Virus record (IMG/VR): IMGVR_UViG_3300027985_001690
Strand: one strand, 5' to 3'
DNA from: an uncultured virus (IMG/VR IMGVR_UViG_3300027985_001690)
Lineage: Duplodnaviria > Heunggongvirae > Uroviricota > Caudoviricetes
DNA: 60,384 nt
The translations under genes and the position numbers were made by a program. Below are positions 29,417-38,289 of the stretch, in pieces (the first letter of the stretch is position 1; each line of letters starts with the position of its first letter). Below the pieces are notes generated by a model. The model did not search any database. It was not told the origin of the DNA and saw nothing but the letters and a program-made list of their open reading frames with translations.

Positions 29417-30940
29417 TCACCTGGATTTTCGAAGCTGCACGAGCTGCGAGATACCGTACGCGGCGGCTCCCACCGATCCAACGATCGCGAACGCGTAGAG
29501 CCCCGTCTTGAGGGTCTCGACGATGTTGTCGAGCGGGTCTCCCTCCTTCTCCTTCTGCTTCTGCTTGTCGAGCCACCGTTGATGGCTCTCGCTCAGGATG
29601 TTGCGCACGTCGCCATCGACCTTCGCCGGATCCTCTCCCGCGGCGACGCGAACCTTGCCCCACTCGATCGCCTTCGAGACCTTCACCGTCTCGCACACCT
29701 CGGAGACACCGTCCACCACCCGGTCGAGGAACTTGTACTGGATGTACGAGCACACCGCGATGATTCCGAGGCCTACGATGATGATGCCGCCGGTCAGCGG
29801 GTCGACCTGTCCGAGTTGGCCGGTCTCCGCGAACTTGGTGGTGTCGACGTCAGAGCTGTCCATCGTCTCGAGGGATCCGTCCTTGTCGATGATCGCGATC
29901 TCGCCAGGCGTGCCGGTGATCAGAATGGTTTGCCTGAGTTCGTCCCAAACCACGCGACGTCGACCGGAGACGGCCTCCGACAGATACTCCAGGTACAGAG
30001 GAACCATGTACTCCAGGGTCTGGAACTGGCGCTCGAGCTCGGGGGTCCAGTTGGTCTCGCCCTCCTTGTCCTCCTGCACGAGGGGCTGGCCCAACGTGGT
30101 GACGACGATCTCCATTTCCTCGCGGCGACGCACCATTCTCTCGAAGCTGACCTCCAGCTGGACGGAGGCCTCCTGCAGCTGGTCGAGCATCATCTGGTAG
30201 AAGGCCTCGCTGACATCTCCCATGACGGGCTCTGCGATGGCTCCGACATTCCCTTGGAAGGGCCTTCCGACCCCCACGAACTCCCCTCCTGTGGGTCGAA
30301 GGTTCTCGTTGACGGCGCCCACGCGAGCGAGGGCCTCGTCGGAGCAGAACCCGCCCATCGTGTCGCAGAGCAGCTTCCCACCTGGGATCAGGTACATGCG
30401 CTCGCGCGTTGGCTTCGACACCGTACCGATGGGCTGGTTCGTCGACGGATCGCATCGGATCCACCTGCCTCGCTTGTCGGGTTGGTCCGGGTTGGTCCGT
30501 GGCCGATCGTACACCGCGGCGAGCACGTGGTTGGTCACCATGCCCTTTGGATCGTACGCGTGGTTGACGAGGGCGCCTTCGATCCCAACGGCCTCCACCG
30601 CGGAAAGGAATGCGATGAGCATGCCGTCGCAGTCCTCGCCGAAGAACTTGAGTCCTCCGCATCCTTCGAGCATGCAGGCCGAGGACACCACGAACTCCGC
30701 GTCGACGGGATCCTCGATAAACCCGCGTTCCTGGCGGAGCCGCTGCAAGATCTCGTTGGCGAGTTGCATCTTGTCGGACGGTCGACCAGCCCGGTCCCAC
30801 GTCTCGCGGGCCCACGCTACGGTCTTCGGATCGATGCGACCCTTTTCGACCTCCTTGATGATCTCGACGATGCTTTTTTGGACGCCCTGAGCACCCCTGG
30901 GATGGGGCTCGTTGCGGACCTTCAGTGTCTCTTCTTCCAC
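29417..30940 (-). CDS. Transglutaminase-like (Cys-His-Asp) protein with membrane-anchored C-terminal domain
   Basis: GEDCDG, NHVLAAV, WIRCDPS; GTG start with GGAGG RBS; two TMs and a RKSR tail. Confidence 0.8.
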   Translation of the reverse strand: MEEETLKVRNEPHPRGAQGVQKSIVEIIKEVEKGRIDPKTVAWARETWDRAGRPSDKMQLANEILQRLRQERGFIEDPVDAEFVVSSACMLEGCGGLKFFGEDCDGMLIAFLSAVEAVGIEGALVNHAYDPKGMVTNHVLAAVYDRPRTNPDQPDKRGRWIRCDPSTNQPIGTVSKPTRERMYLIPGGKLLCDTMGGFCSDEALARVGAVNENLRPTGGEFVGVGRPFQGNVGAIAEPVMGDVSEAFYQMMLDQLQEASVQLEVSFERMVRRREEMEIVVTTLGQPLVQEDKEGETNWTPELERQFQTLEYMVPLYLEYLSEAVSGRRRVVWDELRQTILITGTPGEIAIIDKDGSLETMDSSDVDTTKFAETGQLGQVDPLTGGIIIVGLGIIAVCSYIQYKFLDRVVDGVSEVCETVKVSKAIEWGKVRVAAGEDPAKVDGDVRNILSESHQRWLDKQKQKEKEGDPLDNIVETLKTGLYAFAIVGSVGAAAYGISQLVQLRKSR

Positions 30941-32082
30941 AGCCAAATCCCTCCGGCCACTGCGGCTGCCGAGAAGAGCAGGAGCAGCAACCCCGATGAG
31001 CCGGACGATCGCTTGGAGAGCTCGTCGAGCCTCGCCGCGTCCGCGCGCATTGTCTGTTTCTGGATTACGGACCCGATGGCGTTCATCGTTGCCTGCCGAA
31101 GGCCCTGAGCCCTCTGCGACATGCCCGACGCCGCGCAATCGGCCAACGCCTTTCTGTCGTTTCCCCAACTCCATCCGTCGGTAAAATAAGAGAAGCTGCT
31201 GGCGTTCCAACCAGAGCAAACCCAGTTACCGTTTGCGTCTGGACCGCATTTGGTAGAGAAGGACTGAACCCCAGCAGGCTTCGCTCCGAACTTGACGAAC
31301 CTTCGCTGCACCTTTCCGAAGATGGTCCTGGTTTGCTCGACCACGATCTCATCGGACCAACCTGGCTCGAGAGCCAACCAACGCTCGAGCTCATCAACCA
31401 TGGCGGCGCGCATCGCAGCCTCTTTGGGAGATTGGCCAGGAAGGTAGAGCTTGCCTGCCTGGGAGATGGTGTCGATGGGCTTGACCTCCCATGCCTCGGA
31501 TAGCTCGAGCTCGCTGGCCGACGAATCGCGCGCCGCCTCCATCGCCGATATGGACTGGTCGTACGCGTTCTTGAGTTGGTCGAAAAGCGCTCCCTGAATG
31601 TCCCAGTATACGTCGGTGACCGTGGGATCGGCATCGGTACCAAAATCGAACCCCACTGCCTTGCCGAGCCCCTCGATGACGCCGGCGGCGGAACCGAGCA
31701 GACCGACCGACCATTTCCAAACAGGCCCAACGATGGGTCCGACGTACGGCCACACGATGTCCACCACGACGGGCGCGAACTTCGTGCACAACTCGACACC
31801 GGCGCCCTCAGTCGCCGCGGTGCAAGCGGCGACCGCGGCGAGCTTGGCGCTCGCCTTCGCGCAAGCGTCGGACTCTGGGTCGTCGAGACAAATGCCTGCG
31901 ACTCCAGCTACATCCGGGTCGAGCCCGTACGCAACAGCAGCGGCCTCGAGCGCCTTGGACTTGTCGCAGCTGTCCCACCCGCTTCGTAGGCATTCATTTG
32001 CAGCGTCGATGTACTCCTTGACCTGCTTCGCAGATGGAGTGTTTTCGTCGTCCACTTCCGGCATGGTGAGACGATACCGCAC
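30922..32082 (-). CDS. Hypothetical protein with C-terminal TM
   Basis: GLLLLLFSAAAVAGGIWLWKKRH. Confidence 0.75.
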   Translation of the reverse strand: MRYRLTMPEVDDENTPSAKQVKEYIDAANECLRSGWDSCDKSKALEAAAVAYGLDPDVAGVAGICLDDPESDACAKASAKLAAVAACTAATEGAGVELCTKFAPVVVDIVWPYVGPIVGPVWKWSVGLLGSAAGVIEGLGKAVGFDFGTDADPTVTDVYWDIQGALFDQLKNAYDQSISAMEAARDSSASELELSEAWEVKPIDTISQAGKLYLPGQSPKEAAMRAAMVDELERWLALEPGWSDEIVVEQTRTIFGKVQRRFVKFGAKPAGVQSFSTKCGPDANGNWVCSGWNASSFSYFTDGWSWGNDRKALADCAASGMSQRAQGLRQATMNAIGSVIQKQTMRADAARLDELSKRSSGSSGLLLLLFSAAAVAGGIWLWKKRH

Positions 32083-32143
32083 GCCGGAGAGTACGTCGAC
32101 AGTCTCTGATGTGGGATGACGCGGTGAAAATCACCGCAATGGA

Positions 32144-34492
32144 CTAGAACCCCAACTTCGATCCCATGTCGAGACCCACCAGCAAACCCCCACCCGGAAC
32201 GGTCTCCGGTTGAGACTGCTTCGGGTTGGGCTCGGTCATTGAGTTCTCGACGATCGACATTTCAGGGATACGAATCGAAGCCGATCCTGCACCGGTAAGG
32301 TCGACTACGTTCGGTGGATTGTCCGGATCGTACTCAGACTGTGGAGGCGGTGGCGGCGGCGGTGGTGGCGACGGAGGAAGGTTCGCTGGTGGCGGCGGTG
32401 GCGCCACGGATCGCGCTGTAGCTGCTGCCAGCAAGTCTCGGTTGGCCTGGTTCAACTCGTCGAGTTGGCGTTGCATAGCTACCGAGTTTTGACGTTCCGA
32501 GGCGAGCTCCTGGGCCGTTGTTTCGTATGCATGCATGACCCGGTTGAGCTTGGAGTCCAACTCCGACGACGCGTTCTGTTCTCGCATCGCCTTGACGAGC
32601 TCCCCGAGCTTGTCGCCGAACGGCTTCAAGAGGCCTCCGATGTTGTCCATATTCAACGCCATCGACGTCATCAGGTCGACCGGCTTGCCCGTCTTGGCGT
32701 CGACGATGTACCGCATGGACCCGAGGTTGTAGATGATGAAGGGTTCGTTAGGACCACCCGGTGAGGCTGGAGCCGCGGGCGCCTGCGGAGCAGGTGCCAT
32801 TCCTGCAGGTTGCGCCATCATGGGAACCTGCATTTGCTGAACGTGCTGAGGTTGCTGCTGGACGGGGGACAGGTCGTTCCGAAGGCTGTCGACAGTGCTC
32901 AATACGTGTCGAACTGACCGAACCGAGTTGGTGAAATCGGCCATTGGGTCGCGGGGAGGCTGTTGCTCCTGCTGGGAACGAAGTCCATCCTGCACGCTCC
33001 TCGAGATGATCTGCCCCAATTGTTCAGCGTTTATCGGGACAGATCGTGAAGGGTCCGGCGTTGGCGGCTCCTGTGGGTTTGCCACTGGGGCTTGGGCCGG
33101 GGGCGCAGCCGCATGCATCTGAGCTTGAAACTCCTGCTGTCGCCTGGCGAGCTCGATTCCTTGGGCCTTCAACTCGTCAGCGGCTCTGCGCAGCTCCTGG
33201 CGCTGTGCTTCCAACGCGGGGTCGGGCTGCGGGGGTTGCGGCGGGGCCGCGACCGGCGGCGGATAGTACCCGGGTGGATACGCAGGATAGCCTGGCGGTG
33301 GCATGGGCGGCGGATATCCCGGCGGGTACCCCGGATACCCGTACATCGGCGGCGGCGGCGCGGCGGGGGGCGGCGCTGGCGGCTGCATCATCTGCGCGAT
33401 CCGGTCGAGCTTGTCGTCGAATTCGTCCATTCGACTATCGATGTCGTCGTCGTCATCGTCGATGGGTCGGCGCCGCCGGCGATGCTGGACCGGGGGAGGC
33501 GGCGGAGGTTGCGGCGGGGCCGCGACTGGTGGCGGATAGCCGGGCGGATAGCCGGGCGGAGGATATCCTGGCGGTGGGTAGCCGGGCGGATAACCCGGGG
33601 GAGCCGGCGGCGGATAGGGCGGAGGGTAACCCTGCGGCGCGGGCGCCTGGTATGGCGGTGGCTGCGGCGGTGGGTACTGGGGCGCTGGTTGGGCGTATGC
33701 AGGCGGCTGCTGCGGCTGCTGCGGCTGCTGCGGATACCCTTGCGGCGCGGGCGGAGGTTGCGGCGCCTGCGCGGGCGGCTGCTGCTGCGTCTGCTGGAAT
33801 TGTCGAGGAGAGAATCCTTCTGGCGGCACTCCGAAATTGCCACCACCTTGGTTTCCGCCAGGTTGGTTCATGGTGATTTCCGGGGGCGGCGCCGAGATGG
33901 CTGGTGCCTCGCACCTGTGCCTCCACTCCGCCATTTTCTCTGGGTTTCGTTCGAACTGAATGTAGTCGGTTGCGACATGCGACCGACCGTTGACGAACAG
34001 TGTCCACTTGAACTTTTCGGTATCGCCCCTCCAGTGCACTGCCCGGATGCGATCGGCGAGCTTGTCGAACGTGTCGACCTCGGACAGCGGCAAAAGGTCG
34101 AGGTGAGACATGTCCGGGAATCGCTGGATGCGCACCTGGCACGCGTTGCCGTATCGCTCGAGCGATCGCTTGACGCCGTAGTTGTACTTGACGATGTCCT
34201 GTCCGGGCCATCTGACGTTTTTCTCGCCTCGGTCCTTCTTCGACATCGTTCGACGCGCGATCTGATTTTGAGTCCTCGCGTCGTCGTCCAGGCCCTGCAG
34301 AATGTCATCCTGCTGTTCCTCGATCGACTGCTCGGACAACACGTCTGGGTCATCGTCGTCCGGGTCATCTCCAGACCCGTCGTCGTCGTCATCGTCGTCA
34401 TCGCCGTTGTCGTCGTCGTCGATGTCAATATCGTCGTCTTCGATCGGCTTTGCTTCGATGCGTCTCCTGTTTCTACGCACAGCCATTCGCAC
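32144..34492 (-). CDS. Large low-complexity protein (poly-Asp, Pro/Tyr/Gly/Gln repeats, coiled coils)
   Basis: Asp runs, GYPP repeats, heptad segments. Confidence 0.8.
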   Translation of the reverse strand: MRMAVRRNRRRIEAKPIEDDDIDIDDDDNGDDDDDDDDGSGDDPDDDDPDVLSEQSIEEQQDDILQGLDDDARTQNQIARRTMSKKDRGEKNVRWPGQDIVKYNYGVKRSLERYGNACQVRIQRFPDMSHLDLLPLSEVDTFDKLADRIRAVHWRGDTEKFKWTLFVNGRSHVATDYIQFERNPEKMAEWRHRCEAPAISAPPPEITMNQPGGNQGGGNFGVPPEGFSPRQFQQTQQQPPAQAPQPPPAPQGYPQQPQQPQQPPAYAQPAPQYPPPQPPPYQAPAPQGYPPPYPPPAPPGYPPGYPPPGYPPPGYPPGYPPPVAAPPQPPPPPPVQHRRRRRPIDDDDDDIDSRMDEFDDKLDRIAQMMQPPAPPPAAPPPPMYGYPGYPPGYPPPMPPPGYPAYPPGYYPPPVAAPPQPPQPDPALEAQRQELRRAADELKAQGIELARRQQEFQAQMHAAAPPAQAPVANPQEPPTPDPSRSVPINAEQLGQIISRSVQDGLRSQQEQQPPRDPMADFTNSVRSVRHVLSTVDSLRNDLSPVQQQPQHVQQMQVPMMAQPAGMAPAPQAPAAPASPGGPNEPFIIYNLGSMRYIVDAKTGKPVDLMTSMALNMDNIGGLLKPFGDKLGELVKAMREQNASSELDSKLNRVMHAYETTAQELASERQNSVAMQRQLDELNQANRDLLAAATARSVAPPPPPANLPPSPPPPPPPPPQSEYDPDNPPNVVDLTGAGSASIRIPEMSIVENSMTEPNPKQSQPETVPGGGLLVGLDMGSKLGF

Positions 34493-34495
34493 CTC

Positions 34496-34816
34496 TTACG
34501 GGCAGAAGGCGCCGACGTTGACCGACTCGGTAACCCTCGCCGGTAGTTGTTGGGCGAAACGATTCTTGAACGCGCCCATCAGCGCCTTGCCCGGGTCCCC
34601 GTTGAACTTCGCCTCGAAGTCGGGATTGAGCGTGGCGATGATCGTGCGCCGAACGGTACCCGGCACGAGCACCGCGGTGACGTCGCTGCACAGCGTGAAT
34701 TGATCGGCTCTCTCCGACAGCACAGGGGTGATGTCGACATTCTCCATCGCCGTTACGGTGTTCGCGTCCGACGACGTCGGAATGGTCACGGTGATGATGT
34801 ATCGTACGTCTGCCAT
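34496..34816 (-). CDS. Hypothetical protein
   Basis: Tightly packed ORF. Confidence 0.65.
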   Translation of the reverse strand: MADVRYIITVTIPTSSDANTVTAMENVDITPVLSERADQFTLCSDVTAVLVPGTVRRTIIATLNPDFEAKFNGDPGKALMGAFKNRFAQQLPARVTESVNVGAFCP

Positions 34817-35176
34817 CTACTTTCTCCTCATGTAGGGAAGCAACTCCGTGACCTTGTCGACCGCGGCCTTGCCGAAAGACGCGCCCAAGGTCGCAAAGAA
34901 GTCGCCGCCCGTGCTCTTCGCGGTCTGATACGCGAACGTCTTGACGATCTGCTCCGCCACTCCGGGCGGCAGCGTGTCGGGGGGAGGATCGTGACCAGGA
35001 TCGAAGATGAGCCAGTGGTACGCGTCCCACACGATCCTCCAGGACCCATCCTCGTTGAAACGAAGTCGTATCGCGATGACGACGTCAGGCTCTTCCTCGT
35101 CGACCTTTCGAAGCTTCTTGAGCAAGGAGTCGAGTGTTGGTCGCCTCCTTACCTTTGGTGCTCGATTTACTGCCAT
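34817..35176 (-). CDS. Hypothetical protein
   Basis: TGATG coupling. Confidence 0.65.
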   Translation of the reverse strand: MAVNRAPKVRRRPTLDSLLKKLRKVDEEEPDVVIAIRLRFNEDGSWRIVWDAYHWLIFDPGHDPPPDTLPPGVAEQIVKTFAYQTAKSTGGDFFATLGASFGKAAVDKVTELLPYMRRK

Positions 35177-35400
35177 CAGCTGCGTCTCCTGGTCCGCTTC
35201 TTGGTGACGAGATCATGCGATGCGTAGAGGCGTCGGATTGCCCTCTCCACCATCGACGACCTCGAGGGAGACCCTTCCGCCTGGACCATGGCCTCCACCA
35301 TCTGCAGGGCTTCTGTCGTCAAATTGAAGCTACGCCGTTCCCTCGGCACCTTCTCCCTTGGCACCTTCGGTTGCACTTCTGATGATTTCGACAAACTCAT
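35176..35400 (-). CDS. Ribbon-helix-helix DNA-binding protein
   Basis: RRSFNLTTEALQMVEAM...SRSSMVERAIR pattern. Confidence 0.7.
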   Translation of the reverse strand: MSLSKSSEVQPKVPREKVPRERRSFNLTTEALQMVEAMVQAEGSPSRSSMVERAIRRLYASHDLVTKKRTRRRS

Positions 35401-35845
35401 TCGGGTCCACCAACCTTTCGACGCGAACCACGATCGCTGGATCGACGGTCGCGATGATCCGATGCCCAGCATTCTCGTGCACAAGCGCCTGACTGTTGTA
35501 CTTCACTGCCTTCGGCCAGATCTCCGGGTCCTGATCCGTGGGACATTTCGTCGGCAGGGGCCCGCGCTTGACCTCCTCCGGATCCGGGACCGCGAAAACC
35601 ATGAACTGGCTTCGAACCTCGTCAGGTTCCTCCTCCGCGGCTTCCGCGGACGTTTCGTTCGTGCCTTCCTCGGGTGCCGGCGCGTCTCCAGTCGTATCCT
35701 CGACGCTCGGGTTTTCTTGGCCCTCCTCGACCATGATGATCCCGACGACGATGAATGGCTCGACCTCGTATCCCGGCGGAACGGGGAGCGGGCTCCCGAC
35801 TCGGTACATCATGTTCTCAGTGGCGATTCCACAAAGCTTCTCCAT
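35330..35845 (-). CDS. Acidic hypothetical protein, first gene of the leftward block
   Basis: GGAGGA RBS before MEKLCG. Confidence 0.65.
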   Translation of the reverse strand: MEKLCGIATENMMYRVGSPLPVPPGYEVEPFIVVGIIMVEEGQENPSVEDTTGDAPAPEEGTNETSAEAAEEEPDEVRSQFMVFAVPDPEEVKRGPLPTKCPTDQDPEIWPKAVKYNSQALVHENAGHRIIATVDPAIVVRVERLVDPNEFVEIIRSATEGAKGEGAEGTA

Positions 35846-36113
35846 GCGTCCTCCAGTTACATTGGTGCTACGCAACTCGCTTAGGTTGTTCCGATGTTGC
35901 TCGCATTGTCAACGCAACCTCGTCTACGCACCGTAAAAACAAGTATCATCGGTGCAACAGCCAATGCTTTGGCGTTGTGAATCGACAGCTTGTGAACCGT
36001 GCTCTGACGCTACACATTATTCGACGGCCAGCGATTCAATCGGATGTTATTCCAAACTTCATCGGATCTGTGCTACCCCTACGAGTATCACGCTTGCAAC
36101 GGAGGCTATTGGG
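35846..36113. promoter_or_regulatory. Divergent promoter/control region
   Basis: Non-coding, visibly more AT-rich; TTGACA on the minus strand at 35907-35912 (weak -10); flanked by RHH and XRE genes. Confidence 0.5.
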
Positions 36114-36368
36114 ATGAAGAAACGAAGCAGAGGAAAGGAGAAGCGCGACGAGGTCGTCGAGAAGGGTCCGTTCACGTCGAAGGGATCCAGGCTGCTCGAG
36201 GCGGAGTGGCGTGCCTCTGGCGTGTCGATGTCCGTCTTTGCGAAACGGATCAACGTCCACAGAACAACCGTGTTCCGATGGATCTCCGGTGCAGTCAGAC
36301 CAGACAGGGACAACATCTTCCACATGGAAAAGGTGTTGTCCGTTCCAGCACGATCATGGAACGATTAG
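36114..36368 (+). CDS. XRE/Cro-family HTH regulator
   Basis: SMSVFAKRINVHRTTVFRWISGAVRP; GGAGG RBS. Confidence 0.85.
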   Translation: MKKRSRGKEKRDEVVEKGPFTSKGSRLLEAEWRASGVSMSVFAKRINVHRTTVFRWISGAVRPDRDNIFHMEKVLSVPARSWND

Positions 36369-36382
36369 GAGACCAGAACAGC

Positions 36383-36787
36383 ATGAGCAATCAGAACGAG
36401 TACAAGTACACGCTCACCGACGAGGAGACCGAGGAGCTCGTCGTGTTGGCGAATCGATTGCGTGACCATCGGCTCAAGTGCCAGGAGACCATGGTTACCG
36501 ACACCGACGAACAGGTTCGAGAGAACTTCAGGATCTTGGTGTCCATCTCCGAGGACCTCAACGAGCTGTACAAGCGGACCATCGTGAAGCAGATGATCGC
36601 GAGCAGCGGTGACAACCTGGGACGCTGCATGGGCTACCATTTCCAGATGGCCGAAGCCGTCGCCGTGTCGATGGCGCAGCTGTGCATGTCGGACGAAGAG
36701 CGCGCGAAGCAGAACGCGTTCGACATCCCCGAAGAGCCCGTCGTCACGCAGACGACCGGAGACCCTGAAGTCGACAACGCCAACTGA
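36383..36787 (+). CDS. Hypothetical protein
   Basis: AGGAG RBS, helical acidic protein. Confidence 0.65.
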   Translation: MSNQNEYKYTLTDEETEELVVLANRLRDHRLKCQETMVTDTDEQVRENFRILVSISEDLNELYKRTIVKQMIASSGDNLGRCMGYHFQMAEAVAVSMAQLCMSDEERAKQNAFDIPEEPVVTQTTGDPEVDNAN

Positions 36788-36812
36788 TGGAAAATGCGCT
36801 AGGGAGGATTGC

Positions 36813-38003
36813 ATGAATAAGCTTCGATGTCTGCCGTTCTTGCTTCTCGTTCTTTCGTTGATCGGGTGTACGACAACCGTCAAAGACAGCGAACCTGTCT
36901 CGCAGCAGACGGAACAGTTGCCTGGGTTCTTCGAGCCGTGGACCGCCACGGATAGCTTCCAGTTCGGGACCTTCCGTGGTGTCACTGTGTTTCCGACCAG
37001 CGTCCAGTACCTGACGCGGATCCATACGGTGGCGATCGACAGTAACGGGTATCTGTACTGGGCCGCCTTCGACGAGGAGGGAGACGACCTGGATACGGCT
37101 ACGGGGCACGGTTGGAACATCGTCCCCGGTCAGTCCAGCACTACGGCGATCAAGTCGACGAGCGTGCCCGCCGTCATGCGATGCGGAACCTTGATCTACG
37201 TCTACACGATCCGGGCGAATGGTACCCCGCAGTACGTGATTTACGACCTCACGGATTACTACAACAATCCGCCAGACCCGGCCCTTCAGTATGGCACTTG
37301 GGGGACGTGGACAGCCATGCCCATCGGCTACAAGCTTACGTACGACCACGTGGCAGCGACGGACAACTGCACCTCTATGCTGACGCTCAAGATGTCTGGA
37401 GGTTCTCCAGTGTACGCCCTGGCCTACTCGGCGACTTCCTGGGCAGGCCCCTACACAATGGACACATTGCCAACCGGCAGCACCGGGATGCTCAGCACGG
37501 CTGAGTGGAACGGTGGGCGCCAAGCCTTCGTCGAGGCCAACGGCAAGTTCTATGTCAGCACCTACGACGGAAGTTGCTCTACGCCGGGGTCACACTGCTG
37601 GAACGGATGGACACAACTCCCCGCCCTGAGTACCTACGGTGTCAGCAAGCCAATGCTGACTGCCAACAACATCCTCAATCCGATGGACAACTCCGACGGT
37701 CAGCTGTGTCTCACGGTGGCGCACAGGCTGAAGAACTTGCAGTTCGGATTCCTCGGGCCTTGGGGCATATTCGAGCGCTGCACGGTTGACGACAGTTGGG
37801 AAAGCTGGCACAGCCTCGGAACCTACAACAACACCGTGGACTTCACCAACGAGAACGTCCCGGCGACCTACTCGAAGGACACCATCTACGACTACCAGGG
37901 AGTGGGCGCCTATCACGGCTCTCGGTGGGTCTATGACGTCAACAACTGGACCTACGGCACCACCTGCCAAGTCAAGTACAACTACAGCATGTGGGACTAC
38001 TAG
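36813..38003 (+). CDS. Lipoprotein with Trp-rich lectin-like beta-propeller
   Basis: LLLVLSLIGC lipobox; recurring WxxWxxL motifs; GGAGG RBS. Confidence 0.6.
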   Translation: MNKLRCLPFLLLVLSLIGCTTTVKDSEPVSQQTEQLPGFFEPWTATDSFQFGTFRGVTVFPTSVQYLTRIHTVAIDSNGYLYWAAFDEEGDDLDTATGHGWNIVPGQSSTTAIKSTSVPAVMRCGTLIYVYTIRANGTPQYVIYDLTDYYNNPPDPALQYGTWGTWTAMPIGYKLTYDHVAATDNCTSMLTLKMSGGSPVYALAYSATSWAGPYTMDTLPTGSTGMLSTAEWNGGRQAFVEANGKFYVSTYDGSCSTPGSHCWNGWTQLPALSTYGVSKPMLTANNILNPMDNSDGQLCLTVAHRLKNLQFGFLGPWGIFERCTVDDSWESWHSLGTYNNTVDFTNENVPATYSKDTIYDYQGVGAYHGSRWVYDVNNWTYGTTCQVKYNYSMWDY

Positions 38004-38008
38004 TATTC

Positions 38009-38263
38009 ATGGCGAACGAATCGAAGACGGATGACATACTTGAAGTCGTAGGCAAGCACGTTCGCCTAGAGCGTCGCGGTCGGCACCACGTGGGGCTTTG
38101 CCCGTTCCACCAGGAGAGGTCGCCGAGCCTTCACGTGAACCAGGCCACGGGCAGGTTCTACTGCTTTGGCTGTCACGAGCATGGCACCGCCAAGGACTTC
38201 TTGTCCAAACTCGAGTCGGCAAGACAGCCCGACGAGTTCATCGACCCCACAGCACAAAACTGA
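38009..38263 (+). CDS. Stand-alone CHC2 (DnaG-type) zinc finger
   Basis: GLCPFHQERSPSLHV...FYCFGC; no TOPRIM domain. Confidence 0.85.
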   Translation: MANESKTDDILEVVGKHVRLERRGRHHVGLCPFHQERSPSLHVNQATGRFYCFGCHEHGTAKDFLSKLESARQPDEFIDPTAQN

Positions 38264-38287
38264 AGAGCCCGACCAGAGGCCGGGCTC
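38256..38287 (-). terminator. Intrinsic terminator downstream of tmRNA
   Basis: GAGCCCGGCC-TCT-GGTCGGGCTC hairpin followed by TTCAGTTTT. Confidence 0.65.
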
Positions 38288-38289
38288 AG

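Noticed and set aside
22628..31108. Long plus-strand ORFs (22628-24514, 29168-31108; likewise 15528-17195 and 39477-41453)
   Set aside because: Antisense shadows of GC-rich genes that have motifs, RBSs and coupling on the minus strand
33300..33700. PPxY late-domain motifs
   Set aside because: Expected by chance in a Pro/Tyr-rich tract; gene organisation is bacterial (Shine-Dalgarno sites, tmRNA, peptidoglycan hydrolases)
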